Origin: Deltaproteobacteria bacterium
GTDB lineage: Bacteria > Desulfobacterota > Desulfarculia > Adiutricales > Adiutricaceae
Length of the DNA: 55,866 nt
Direction of reading: 5' to 3'
NCBI GenBank assembly: GCA_031257535.1
Contig: JAIROO010000330.1
Span: forward strand, 1-55,866
Below the pieces are notes generated by a model that saw only the letters and a list, made by a program, of their open reading frames with translations, made no database searches and was not told the origin of the DNA. The translations under genes were made by a program, and so were the position numbers. The stretch's first letter is position 1. Each line of letters starts with the position of its first letter. Shown piece by piece: positions 39,596 through 49,190 of the stretch.

Positions 39596-40491
39596 TTAAA
39601 GCTCTCCTTATCGCGCCACCTGTTTAAAAAGTCGCCTAAAGAGCGAATGGCCAGGCTACTTAAAGAGCCCACCAAGCCTAAGGTGAGCATGGCGATAACG
39701 ATAACCGGATACTGAACTAAGATGTAACTGTCCCAGATTAAATAACCTAAGCCAAACTCGCCGGCCAGCATCTCCCCGGCCACCAAGGAAAACCAGGCGT
39801 AACCCACGCTAATCTGCAGGCCCGTAAAGACGAAGGGCAAAGCCCCGGGCCAGACTATTTGGCGAAAAATAAGGTAGGGCGAGGCCCCTAATGAGGCCGC
39901 GGCTCGAAAATAGGCCTCGTCGATGGACTTTACCCCTAAGTAAGAGTTTAAGGCCGTGGCGAAAAAACTGCCTAAAAAAGTCAAAAAAACAATGCTCGTC
40001 TCTCGCCCTGGCCACATGAGAATAGCCAAAGGCACCCAGGCCAGCATGGGAATAGGCCGGAGGAGCTCTAAAATGGGAAAAGCGTAGTCGGAAAAGGTTT
40101 TTTTCCAACCCATTAAAAGACCCACCGGGGCCCCTAAGCCCGTGGCTAACAAAAAGGCCAGAAAAACCCGTAAGCAGCTTAAGCCAATGTGTTGATAATA
40201 CTCCACGGTAAAAATGGAAATCCCGTAAACTGGATTTAAGGAAAACCACTCCCTAGCCGTCTCTAAAGGACTGGGGAGCTTCACAAAGAGCGGGACCTTA
40301 AAAACCCGAGTCAAAAGCTGCCAGAGAACCAGAAAACCGATTAACCCTAAAAGATTGAGCCAGGGACTGGAGCTTTTTAGCCAGCGTCTCGTTCCTGTCC
40401 ATAAGCGAGCCAAAAAGCCAATTTTGGGCTCCGCTCCTTTGGGCTCGGCGTTAAGGAGCGGCGAGCGGGCTTCGACGGCCGAGTCGGACAT
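39592..40491 (-). CDS. ABC transporter permease (NitT/TauT family-like)
   Basis: 299-aa polytopic ORF with an EAA-type loop (AAASLGASPYLIFRQIVWPGALP). Confidence 0.85.
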   Translation of the reverse strand: MSDSAVEARSPLLNAEPKGAEPKIGFLARLWTGTRRWLKSSSPWLNLLGLIGFLVLWQLLTRVFKVPLFVKLPSPLETAREWFSLNPVYGISIFTVEYYQHIGLSCLRVFLAFLLATGLGAPVGLLMGWKKTFSDYAFPILELLRPIPMLAWVPLAILMWPGRETSIVFLTFLGSFFATALNSYLGVKSIDEAYFRAAASLGASPYLIFRQIVWPGALPFVFTGLQISVGYAWFSLVAGEMLAGEFGLGYLIWDSYILVQYPVIVIAMLTLGLVGSLSSLAIRSLGDFLNRWRDKESFK

Positions 40492-40535
40492 TGTTGGCTC
40501 CTATCTTCCTCTATGTATTAATAGTTACGGGGATC

Positions 40536-41666
40536 TTACTTAAAGGGGCTATCCGCGGCTTTGGCCCCGTAAATGTAGCCCAAAGTCGCTTCGTCGTCGA
40601 CCGGGGCGTAACCGGCTTCCTTAAAGACCTCCCTGGCCAAAGAGTCGTCGACCACCCAGTCTTTTAATTGAGGTTTGTCGATGACTTTCTCGGCGTAGAG
40701 GAAGGGAGCCACGGCCGCGATGTTGTCCCTTTCTAATTTGTTAAAGTAAAAGGACTTCCACTCCCTAACTGGATTTTGCCGGTCCACGGGGACTTGCCCA
40801 TAGATGGAGTACCATAAAACGTTTTTATCGATTCCGGTCGCGTATTTGGCTACCATTTCGATGACGTTTTTCTGGTTGGCTTTATCTAACACGTAGCGTT
40901 GGGCCTCGAGTTCCGACCGCACGTAGCCCTTGGCCGCGGCTGGGTAATTCTGGATAAAATCGTCGCGTAAGACCAAGATCCCTAAATCGTAGTTGTCGGC
41001 GGCGCTGCCATCGGCGGCGATGCGGACGTAACCCTCGCCCACGTTATCGGCGATCCGGGAGACGGTGGGCTCCCAGGCCGAGGCGGCGTCAAGTTTGCCA
41101 ATCCTAAAATTGGTGGCGATGACCTCAATGGACTGGTTTAAATATTCTTTGGGTTTGACGTTGTATTTGTTAAAAAAACGACGCAAGTACTGGTCCGAGG
41201 CGCTGCCTTTGGGGGCGGCGATGGTTTTGCCGTCTAGCCAGCGGGCTAATTCCTCGGAATTTTTAAAGGCCGGGGCGTCTTTTCTAACCAAGACCACGGA
41301 GCAGCGCGTCCCCTCGGACATGCCTAAGGAGGCCGCGATTTTGATCCGGGCTTGTTCGTCTTTGGAGGCTAAAATCGTGGCCGGCATGACGCTCATATAA
41401 CCAGCCACGGCTTTGCCGGCTAGCATGTTGTTGGCCACGATGCTGCCTTGAAGAGCGGGGGTAAACTCCAGCTCCGTCCCTTGGGGCATGTATTTTTTCC
41501 ATAAACCCAATTCAGCGTTAACGATGACTTGGTAAGAAATGGTGTCGTAAGGCTGAAAGCCGATGGTAAATTTTTCGGCGCTGGCCGGGGAGCTAAAAAA
41601 GAAAAGGGCCAAAGCGATAAGGGCGGTCTGAAAGAGCTTGGCAAGGCCAGAGGTTGTCCGCGACAT
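40536..41666 (-). CDS. Periplasmic substrate-binding protein of the ABC importer (NMT1/SsuA/TauA-like fold inferred)
   Basis: 376-aa ORF with a signal peptide (ALIALALFFFSSPASA). It is the first gene of the five-gene transporter operon. The family is inferred from the operon partners and its size, not from a search. Confidence 0.75.
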   Translation of the reverse strand: MSRTTSGLAKLFQTALIALALFFFSSPASAEKFTIGFQPYDTISYQVIVNAELGLWKKYMPQGTELEFTPALQGSIVANNMLAGKAVAGYMSVMPATILASKDEQARIKIAASLGMSEGTRCSVVLVRKDAPAFKNSEELARWLDGKTIAAPKGSASDQYLRRFFNKYNVKPKEYLNQSIEVIATNFRIGKLDAASAWEPTVSRIADNVGEGYVRIAADGSAADNYDLGILVLRDDFIQNYPAAAKGYVRSELEAQRYVLDKANQKNVIEMVAKYATGIDKNVLWYSIYGQVPVDRQNPVREWKSFYFNKLERDNIAAVAPFLYAEKVIDKPQLKDWVVDDSLAREVFKEAGYAPVDDEATLGYIYGAKAADSPFK

Positions 41667-41701
41667 GGGCGAGTATCCTTATTGAAAAAATGGCGTTCGG
41701 C

Positions 41702-41739
41702 CAAAAAAAAAGGCCAAACCGCTGTCAAACGGTTCGGCC
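41702..41739 (-). terminator. Intrinsic terminator-like hairpin in the 5' leader of the ABC operon (possible attenuator)
   Basis: On the minus strand, GGCCGAACCG-TTTGACAG-CGGTTTGGCC (10-bp stem, one mismatch) is followed by TTTTTTTTT. It lies 36-70 nt upstream of the SBP start codon and in the same orientation. Confidence 0.45.
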
Positions 41740-41842
41740 TTCAGATTTCTGATCGGCGAAATTATGGAAAGTCCAAAAAAGGGGAAAAACGAAAAAAGTC
41801 CAATCCCTTTAAGGGAACGATATTTATAGGTTAGTCGGGGGG

Positions 41843-41872
41843 ATTGTAGTCTAGGCAGACTAAGTCTGTCAA
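41843..41872 (-). promoter_or_regulatory. Sigma70-like promoter candidate with an inverted repeat in its spacer
   Basis: The minus strand reads TTGACA (41872-41867), an 18-nt spacer, then TACAAT (41848-41843). The spacer contains AGTCT-N4-AGACT dyad symmetry (plus-strand TAGTCTAGGCAGACTA). Confidence 0.35.
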
Positions 41873-42649
41873 CTGATTTTCCGTCAAAAAAGGCGGGGCT
41901 AAAAAAAGAAGTTTTATATCATCTTGCGCTTTTAGTTTTATCGCTCTTAATGGTTTCTGACCTAAGATAAACAAAGGCGTAAAAATCGTAATAGTTAATT
42001 ATTATCAATTTTTTTGTTCGTTTATCGATAAAGAATCAGATTTTTATCTATATAAATATAAATAAAAATCTGATTAGAGATTAATTTAAATCCATAAGTG
42101 CCGCCAAAGCCTTTAGAACCGCCCATTTCTTGACCTAGACGCGACTTCTCTTTGGCCTTGGGTTGACCAAAATTTAGGCGAGATAGTCTTGGGACCGAAT
42201 TTGGCCCACAAAAGGCCGGGCCGCGAGCAAAGCGCATAAAGGCTATGGCCAAAAAAAAGTGGGAAAAATTATATAAAGTTCTTGACAGCCAAGAAAGAAA
42301 AGTTTAAGTTAATTTTACTCAGATTCAATAACAAAAAAGTTAACGCGAATTAAAGAGTCGATAAACGCAAAAATTCGCGCATGGAAAGACCAAAAAAATT
42401 AGATGGCCAAAAAGAGGTCAAGATGGGGGGAGTGAAAATCTGATTTTTGGCCTTTTCGCGAGCCAAAATTTTAAAGCTAGCCCTTAGGGCGTTAAAACAA
42501 ATAGATTTCTCTTTATAACAAATACAATTAACTATTAATACTGTATAAATTTTTATGTATATTTACGCTATTTATTTCGCGCCTTTTGTAAGTACGTTAG
42601 CGAGTATGTTTTAATGGTTAATTCTATTTACGCCAACCCCCCCCCCAAG

Positions 42650-42696
42650 GCTCAGGCCATGGTCAAGTCTTAGACGACCAGGGCCTGAGCTTTTTT
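42650..42696 (+). terminator. Intrinsic terminator-like hairpin with no annotated gene upstream
   Basis: GCTCAGGCC (42650-42658) pairs with GGCCTGAGC (42682-42690) and is followed by TTTTTT. A C10 homopolymer (42637-42646) immediately precedes it. Confidence 0.45.
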
Positions 42697-43395
42697 ATAT
42701 GACTTAAAGGTTTTAGGCCAAAATAGGCGGCAGCGTTAAGAGGGGAAGAATTTGAAAAGGACAAATACTAAAAAATCGGGAAATTAGTTTGGGGCGGCCA
42801 ACGAAAAACCATCTTTATAACTAGCGGTTTATTAAAGTCGCCAGCTCTTAAAGGAGGAAAAAAAAGTCAAGGCTAAACGGGCGATAACTAGATAACCGTC
42901 TTTGGCTAGTTAAGAAAAATTAAACGCGGAAAAAATCAATTCTCAATTTTTAGGGCAAAAATTTGGGACGCTATTATTGCGCCTTTAGTTCGAAAAAACG
43001 CGAAGGCCAGGAAGTTGAAGTATTTTCCCCCGTATTTTGAAAGATTTTTTTTTCGCGAAAAGGTCGCGATATTTAAAGCTAAAAGCTAACGCGCGTAAAT
43101 AACCTAAGAAAAATCTTAATCGAACATTCGTTTATCGGCCATGACAAAATCGTCAAACGCGTCGCGAACGATTTGACGCTTAGCCATAATTTTGTCGCCG
43201 ATTCTGGACAAAAAATAGTTGGCGGACGCTTTTCGAAAAATGCCAAAAACGGGTCTGCCAACCTAATGGGCAAGGCTTAGGGAAATCCTTATTTAGTTGA
43301 GTTAGAGATAAGTCCGTCGCGATTTAGGTCGTCGTTCGGGGTTTTGCCAAGGCGACTGTTATTTATTGAATTATTATCAAGGAGAATCTAAATTG

Positions 43396-45462
43396 ATGAG
43401 TTTTAAAATTAAAAAGCGACTCGGATTTTTTGTCGCGATTTGTTTTTTTTGGGCTCTGGCCTTTGGGCGGGCTGGAGCGGAGGAACCAGTAGTTTCTATT
43501 GAGCCAATTATCGTTTCCGCGAGTCGAACGGAGTCAGATCTTTTAACCGTGCCTATGTCGGTGTCGGTTGTGGACAAGATTCGAATCGAGGAGCATTTCA
43601 CTGGAGCCAATACGGCTGAAAAATTGCTTGAGGTCCCGGGAGTGAGTTTGTATACCCAAGGTCGATTCAAGCCAGGTAACAACAGCATGGTAAACATTAG
43701 GGGTCAAAATCCCTGGCGGGTTTTGTATCTTATTGATGGGATTCGCCAAAGTTCGCCTTTTAAAGAAGACACGAATAAAGGGCTTTTAAACGTTGATCCC
43801 TTAGACATTGAAAGAATTGAGGTGATTAAAGGCCCCGCCTCGTCCCTATATGGCTCCGACGCCATTGGCGGGGTCATCAACGTCATCACCAAAAAAGGCG
43901 GCGAAGGTAAACCAGTCGGTGGGCGAGTTGGCCTAACTTACGATGGCTCTAATCAGGGATTTCAGCCAAGTATGGCCATTTACGGCGACACGGAGAAGTT
44001 TAATTATCGGTTAAGCGGCTCTTACCAGAGCGCTGGCAACCGACGGTCGGCCAAAGCCGGCCGCCTAGATCATAGCTCTTTTAAAACGGAAAGTTTTTTA
44101 GGGCAATTTGGGATTAAATTTGATAATGGAACATTAGATTTTAAATTTACACATTACGATTCAGATGTGCAAGAGCCACCATTTAATTTTGAAAATAAAA
44201 AATTTAAATATTATAAGAAAAATAGTCCACCAATAACTGAATTAAGCGTTTTCCCTAAAAATCAAAGGGATAGCTTCCAGTCTAAACTGACTGTTAATAC
44301 ACTATCTAATTATCTTGAAGAATTTTCAATTCTTGTTTATTACCAAGAAATTGATACTGTCCAACAAGGTAATTACCAAAATGTAGTCAACCATTATAAT
44401 GGTGAATTTAGATCAATGCTTGAAGATATTGTCAATACTTACGGCGCTACAATTCAGACTAACTGGTCCTTTGGATCTCATAAAGTTATTTTGGGTTTCG
44501 AGTATCTTTACGACGATTTGCATAGTCATACCGTCAGCCCAACTTCAAATTACTTTATCGACGCCGACCAGACGACAAAAGCCGTATACATCCAAGACAG
44601 CTGGAATATCTACGGCCCCTTAACGTTAATTGGGGGGTTACGGCAGACCTGGATCGAATTGGGGCTGAACAGATTCACCTTAATTCCCGACCGCGAAACT
44701 AAGTTAAAATTCGACAATTTAGTTGGGAATTTAGGTTTGACATTCGCCGTCACCGATAATTTCGTCTTACGTGGCCAGTATTCCCAAGGCTTCCGGACCC
44801 CTGATTTGGCCTCCAAATTGACCGGAACCAGTTACATAGTCCCTAGAACGGATCTTGGCCCGGAAGAATCCGAAAACTACGAAATTGGGGCTCGGTATTA
44901 CGACGGGGACTTATTCGCGGACGTGACCTTTTTTCATGACAAAGTCGAAAATTATATAAGCGCCAATTATCTTTACAGCGCTCAGGGCCATTGGTTTTGG
45001 GACTACGTTAACACCTCTGAATACGAGTCTTATGGTCTTGAATTGGCGGTATCCTACCGGATAGGTGACACTGGTTTTACTCCATACGGCAACATTACCA
45101 GTCTCCACACGAAATTTAAGGAAAAAGTCACCCAAACTGAAACGAAAAATAATGGCACTCCTCGCGCCTGGGGCGCGATTGGCTTGAAATGGGAAAAAGA
45201 TTTCGGGGATAGTGGACGATTTTTTTCCGACGCGGCGTTGCGAATTTCCGGTGGCTCTAAACTTTCGAGTTCAAGGCTTGGAGTTTGGCACGTTAAAGAA
45301 GCCGGTCGAACTTTGGACTTAACCCTGGGATTTCAGTATGGCCAGGAAAGCCAAGTCAAAGCCATGCTCAGCGTTAAAAATATTTTTGACAAAGAATTTG
45401 AGGCCTCATATTTCTACTACCCTGGTCGTCACGTACTATTGACAGTTTTATACTCGTTCTGA
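43396..45462 (+). CDS. TonB-dependent outer-membrane receptor (unit 1, intact)
   Basis: The plug-domain motifs are present: a signal peptide, IVSASRTE, NIRGQ, IDGIRQ, IERIEVIKGPASSLYGSDAIGGVINVITKKG. A beta-barrel region follows, with a terminal aromatic residue (LLTVLYSF). I prefer the ATG at 43396 after AAGGAG. TGA stop. Confidence 0.85.
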   Translation: MSFKIKKRLGFFVAICFFWALAFGRAGAEEPVVSIEPIIVSASRTESDLLTVPMSVSVVDKIRIEEHFTGANTAEKLLEVPGVSLYTQGRFKPGNNSMVNIRGQNPWRVLYLIDGIRQSSPFKEDTNKGLLNVDPLDIERIEVIKGPASSLYGSDAIGGVINVITKKGGEGKPVGGRVGLTYDGSNQGFQPSMAIYGDTEKFNYRLSGSYQSAGNRRSAKAGRLDHSSFKTESFLGQFGIKFDNGTLDFKFTHYDSDVQEPPFNFENKKFKYYKKNSPPITELSVFPKNQRDSFQSKLTVNTLSNYLEEFSILVYYQEIDTVQQGNYQNVVNHYNGEFRSMLEDIVNTYGATIQTNWSFGSHKVILGFEYLYDDLHSHTVSPTSNYFIDADQTTKAVYIQDSWNIYGPLTLIGGLRQTWIELGLNRFTLIPDRETKLKFDNLVGNLGLTFAVTDNFVLRGQYSQGFRTPDLASKLTGTSYIVPRTDLGPEESENYEIGARYYDGDLFADVTFFHDKVENYISANYLYSAQGHWFWDYVNTSEYESYGLELAVSYRIGDTGFTPYGNITSLHTKFKEKVTQTETKNNGTPRAWGAIGLKWEKDFGDSGRFFSDAALRISGGSKLSSSRLGVWHVKEAGRTLDLTLGFQYGQESQVKAMLSVKNIFDKEFEASYFYYPGRHVLLTVLYSF

Positions 45463-45932
45463 TTAACGCGTAATTATTTTGTTAGTATTTTGCCAGAATA
45501 ATTTTATAGATTTGACGATTTGCGCGGGTCTTTGACTCCAAAATATGAAGACCTCAATTTTGTCAAATAAATTGGGGACGCTATTACTTCGCTTTTTGTT
45601 TTGACTAGGCGAAGACGTGGATAATTGACGCGTTTTTTTTGGGAGCCCTGTTTTCTAAGAGTTGATTTGTTATCGTCAAAAGTCGCGATATTTTTGGTTT
45701 TCGCTGGCGTTTACGCGATTTAGCGATAGGCCTTAATTGGTGGCTTATCGGCCAAGACGATAACGTTATTTTTTTCTGAAATAGATTTGACGTTTGGTCA
45801 AAATTCTGGCCTCGAATTTGGGCAAAAAATTTACTGCGCGAGGTCTTTCGCCAATCGTCATTTTGGGAAGTATGTAAATGGGCTTTTAAAAAATACCAGA
45901 AAAAATCTTTTAAGATTTTATGGAGATAAAAG

Positions 45933-48062
45933 TTGGGATTTCAAAATTATCGGTTTTTTAAGAACCTATCTTTTAAGGTCAGCCTTATTTTTAGTTTAAC
46001 CTTTTTATTAGCTGGGTTTTTGGGAGTAAGCGATCTTTTGGCTCAGAGCGAGTCAATGATAACCCTTGAGCCTATTATGGTCACTTCAACTCGCGTCGAA
46101 AGAGAACTCAAGGAGATACCGCTCTCCGTTTCAGTGATAGACGAGACTGAAATTAACGAACAACCCAGGCAAGACGCGGCTGATTACATAAGGACTATGC
46201 CCGGCGTTCAGATATCCTATTTAGCCAATGGGCAGGCTTTTTATAGCGTGCGCGGTTTTGGGACGGAAAGAGTCTTACTTTTAGTCGATGGCGTCAAACA
46301 AAAATTGGCCTCAACTTTAAACTCCAGCGAGGCGGGGTCGGTAAATTTGGATCCTTCTGAAATTGAGCGAATTGAGGTCATAAAAGGACCAGCCTCTGTC
46401 CTATACGGTTAGGACGCGATAGGCGGGGTAATTAACGTTATTACGAAAAAACAAGTTGATAAACCCTTTGGCTTTTCTTTAGGCCTTAATTATGATGGAT
46501 CCACTACTGGTTGGATTCCTAGAGCCTCGTTTTATGGTTCTCATAAAGGGTTTTATTGGCGGGTCTCCGGCCGTATCGCCAGGAACCACGATCTAAAAAT
46601 TAACGATGGGGATCATTTTCATCATACTGACAATAGAAAAGAGTATTATTCCGCGAGATTAGGTTATGAATGGGATAAAGTGACTTTTGATTTAGCCTTT
46701 TCCAGATTTGAGACAAGACGCAATACAGGCGTCTTTGTCATGGAAGATCATACTTGGAAACAGCTAAGTCCATCGTTTATGCGCGCGAATAATATTCCTT
46801 ATTCCAGCGTACCCAAAGAAAATAGTCAACAGTTTAGCGCTTCTTTAAGTTTGAACAATATTTCCAGTTATTTGGAACGTTTACTAATTAAAGGATACAC
46901 GATTAAGACTGATATAATCCATAATTCTATATATCCTTACGTTGTTCAAGGGGTTTATTACAACGCGCTTTACGAATTTATTATTACCGATAACGCGAAA
47001 GGTTATGGAGGTAGCCTTCAGGCGGATTTCGCGTTGCCAGCCGAAAATAAGTTAACGCTAGGCGTTGATTACGATTTCAGCGAAGTTCACAGTATCGCCG
47101 ATTACGAGCAAGGCTACGCCCTTTTTTACGTCGACGAGGATAGGGAAGGCGAAAGCTCGACTATAGCTTTTTTCGCCCAAAATGAGTGGCGGCCTATAAG
47201 TACCCTCATGATTTCGGCCGGGCTTAGATATTCGACGATTAGAAACAAAGTCACGAAATACAGAAACTTTCCAGATCGGGTAAGCGAAGCGAAAAATTCC
47301 TCGACCGTCGGCAGCCTGGGCGTAGTTTTCGACGCGAGCGACGAGCTGGCCATTAGGGCTTTGTACTCCCAAGGCTACCGCGCTCCCTCGCTCAACCAGC
47401 AGCTTATGGGTTTAATCCAGTATTTTCAAATCAACCCGGACTTAAAACCAGAGCGAAGCCAAAATTATGAGCTGGGCCTGCGTTACGTGGGTTCCGGCCT
47501 TAACGCGGATCTTTCTTTTTTCTACTCAACTCTTAAAGACGCTTTTTATCAGCACGATACCGGCGTTCCTATCCCGAATAGCGTTTATACTTACCAGCAA
47601 ACCAGAAACGCCGAAAAGGCCAAGGCCAAAGGCGCGGAAGTGGCCATATCTTACGACATAGCCGACACTGGCCTAACTCCGTACGTCTCGTTTACGGCCA
47701 TGAGATACGAGCGCCAATACAATAACGGGAAAAAGACCAAAAACACCGGCGTTCCGCATTCCTGGGGTATGGGTGGGTTTCGGTATTCCAATAATTACAA
47801 TTCTGACCTGCGCCTGTTTGGCGACGCCAGATTGACTTGGTCAGGGGGATTTTTTGACGAGCCAGCTGGCAATCTTAGTAGTGGAGCCTCAATTTATGGC
47901 AAGGGCCTTAAAGGCGACGTGACTATTGGTCTTGAGGCTGGCGTGGACCATAAATATCAGGCCATCTTGAGTTTTAGGAACATCGGCGACACTGATTTTC
48001 AGCCTTGGGGTTGGTTCCAACCCGGGTTCCATATAGTCGCGGCCGTAGGTTTTGAATATTAA
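45933..48062 (+). pseudogene. TonB-dependent receptor (unit 2) interrupted by a single in-frame TAG
   Basis: ORFs 45933-46412 and 46680-48062 share one frame. I translated 46413-46679 by hand and it is open and homologous (DAIGGVINVITKKQVDKPFGF...). The only interruption is the TAG at 46410-46412, where unit 1 has Ser (LYG-S-DAIGGVINV). The protein ends in a terminal aromatic residue (AAVGFEY). Confidence 0.8.
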
Positions 48063-48079
48063 ACGTAACTCTTTATAAG

Positions 48080-48126
48080 CTTAAATGGGCCTTATATTCA
48101 TTTTTTATGTATAAGGCCCATTTAAG
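48080..48126 (+). terminator. 16-bp perfect hairpin downstream of TBDR unit 2
   Basis: CTTAAATGGGCCTTAT, a 15-nt loop, then ATAAGGCCCATTTAAG, 18 nt after the stop codon. The trailing sequence is T-rich but not a clean U-tract. Confidence 0.4.
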
Positions 48127-48523
48127 TAATATTTTCTCAGATTATAATTTTTTATTCTCTTTATATTTAATAGTTAAATACACTAACTTACATACTATTT
48201 TATTTTATAATAATTTCTTTTTATGTTATTAATATTACTTGTAATCATACACACGCTTTTGATATAACAATGTATACTGTATGTTGAACACGAGATCGGC
48301 TCGGCTTTTTTTCGACCCGACTCCAAAAAACTAAATGCAATGAGGAATCTATATTTCGATAAAGTTCCAAACTATTAGCTTTTAATAACAAATTTTTTGT
48401 CTTAATAATCAGTTCTATAACAATATAAAATCATAAATTATTCGAAAGTAACTGATAATCAACATAAAAATATCCTAAAGATACTCAAAAGACACTCAAA
48501 AAACACTTAAACTACTCAATACC

Positions 48524-48758
48524 TACTTGATACGGGCATCAAATTCCTCTCGCATACTATCGCAATCATTATAGTCATTAAAACAACCTTTTAAAAGTTT
48601 CCGCCAATTATAAGAACGCTATGGCCGAAAATCGTCGTTTTAAAGCCCATAACGCTTGTAAGAACGACGCGATTACCATCAAGTTAACAGGCAAAATCAG
48701 TGAGTTAAAAAATAAACTGGCCGCGTCTGTTTATTCCATAGATAAAAGCGCCGTAAAA
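48524..48758 (+). repeat. ~235-nt dispersed direct repeat, copy 1
   Basis: Aligns with 52003-52253, with substitutions and small indels. Shared strings include TACTTGATAC, GCGATTACCATCAAGTTAACAG, CAAAATCAGTGAGTTAAAAAA, TAAACTGGCCGCGTC and GATAAAAGCGCCG. Confidence 0.8.
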
Positions 48759-49190
48759 AGTCTTGGACAAAAAACAAAAATATCGGTTATTATAGGCCGT
48801 TAAGGAACGGCCTTTAGACTGGATATCTTTCCAATCCTTTTAGTAAAAAGCGATCTGAATCACCCGGAAAGACGGGATGTATTAAAAGCCGAAAAAGCGT
48901 TCTATACAATTTTAAAATTTAGTAAAAGTTAATTAATATTAATCTACTATATACTTTTTTACCATTTATCCTTGATTATACAAATATATGAAGGCAAAAT
49001 ATTAATAATAGATCTTTTTTAGATCGTCTGAAGTGGGACGCCCAAAGATCAATCTTCGCAAGCCTTTATTTTTCAAGGCTTTTTGAGGCTCAATTGGCCC
49101 GGACACTATTACTTCTAAAACAGACTTTATGTCAGCTAACTTTCTCTATTAAGTAGTTTTAGTTAATATTTTTTTAAATTCGAGATATAT

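Noticed and set aside
42022-42252. 76-aa minus-strand ORF, and the 43079-43273 and 45787-45999 ORFs
   Set aside because: They lie in intergenic or duplicated-flank DNA, with no RBS or motifs, and are not conserved between the duplicated TBDR upstream regions.
42700-43395. Cobalamin, thiamine or other riboswitch upstream of the TonB-dependent receptors
   Set aside because: I could not find the B12-box core or TPP-type conserved strings by eye. The conserved blocks shared with the unit 2 upstream region look like duplicated flank sequence. A covariance-model scan is needed before any call.
48621-48803. 60-aa ORF within dispersed repeat copy 1, and the 60-aa minus-strand ORF at 52068-52250 in copy 2
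   Set aside because: Indels between the two copies break the plus-strand frame. The minus-strand frame is partly preserved, but copy 1 lacks a start codon and has an early stop. I treat the element as non-coding or as a decayed tiny gene.
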